Made by a program: the position numbers and the translations under genes
Notes under the pieces: generated by a model
The model's database searches: none
What the model was told of the DNA's origin: nothing
Seen by the model: only the letters and a program-made list of their open reading frames with translations
In this document: positions 63,441 through 64,000 of the stretch, in pieces
Position numbering within the stretch: position 1 is the stretch's first letter
Layout of the letters: every line of letters begins with the position of its first letter
Source of the DNA: an uncultured Spirochaetota bacterium
GTDB lineage: Bacteria > Spirochaetota > Spirochaetia > SZUA-6 > Fen-1364
DNA: 64,000 bases
Assembly (NCBI GenBank): GCA_963745235.1
Contig: CAVUXE010000011.1
Location: 1 to 64,000, forward strand
Direction: 5' to 3'

Positions 63441-64000
63441 GGTCGATTGGGTGAAGCTTATCCTAGACCGATTCCTTTGGTTGGTGATTGTGCTAATCGC
63501 CCTCTTTTTTGTGTGGCGAGCTCCCGGCTTTGCTACCGGAGTGAAACTTCGTCAACCTTCTCCTTCATGCCAGCGTGCTAGGGCTCCTTGTCATCGGACA
63601 AAGCATCTGCCTGCTCAGCGGTAATTTCGACCTCTCCATCGAAGGCAACATTCAACTGGTTGCCGTACTCGCAGGGTGGATGATGGTCCCTGCCGTAGGG
63701 TTCGAGGGCGGGGGCGGCTGGGTGCTCTCACCCTTTATGGTCATTCCAATAGTGCTCGTGATGGGCGGGGCTGATCGGAATGCTCAATGGCCTGATGATC
63801 ACGCGGCTGGGGATGAACAACTTCATTGTGACTCTGCGCAATGCAGCTGGTTCTCGGAGGGATTGCTTTCCTCATTAGTCGAGGGTTTGACATTAACCGC
63901 ATTCCTGCTTCCTTCTCGTGGCTAGGCAGCCACGCTTTCGGTCACATCCCAGTCCAGATAATCTTTACCGCTGTGGCCTTCATCGGGTTCCAGCTTTTCC
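63427..64000 (+). CDS. Sugar ABC permease (frameshifted, runs off the window)
   Basis: LGLLVIGQSICLLSGNFDLSIEG. Confidence 0.75.

Noticed and set aside
1-64000. CRISPR array, tRNA or rRNA genes
   Set aside because: No regularly spaced repeats or recognisable structural RNA genes seen by eye.

Overview
The window is 64 kb of mosaic accessory DNA, probably from a Spirochaetia-like bacterium (inferred from the substrate-binding-protein signal peptides and the DnaB style). Single-base frameshifts are common and rise toward the right end, so many are probably long-read consensus errors. 1-13 kb is a plasmid/integrative-element backbone: two intact paralogous tyrosine recombinases, ribbon-helix-helix (RHH) proteins, parA-parB-rep(HTH), a BrnT/BrnA toxin-antitoxin (TA) pair, and HEPN and GIY-YIG genes. 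13-30 kb is stress/housekeeping cargo (mntH, ftsH, usp, folE2-like, dnaB, MFS, LUD, MNT-HEPN TA). 31-50 kb holds IS1634, a sugar ABC/isomerase/epimerase cluster, decayed genes and an ISNCY-type IS. 50-64 kb is a GntR-led rare-sugar operon built around a RuBisCO-like protein (RLP). Three observations stand out. (1) A ~200-bp module (RBS plus antisense sigma70 promoter plus ~70-nt structured RNA) occurs twice between parB and rep, a repABC-like counter-transcript arrangement. (2) Four related 10-7-10 palindromic sites are present; three sit just upstream of recombinase start codons, and two with identical spacers bracket ~17.5 kb of cargo. (3) The form IV RuBisCO sugar pathway has an unusual enzyme set. 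No rRNA, tRNA or CRISPR array was seen.
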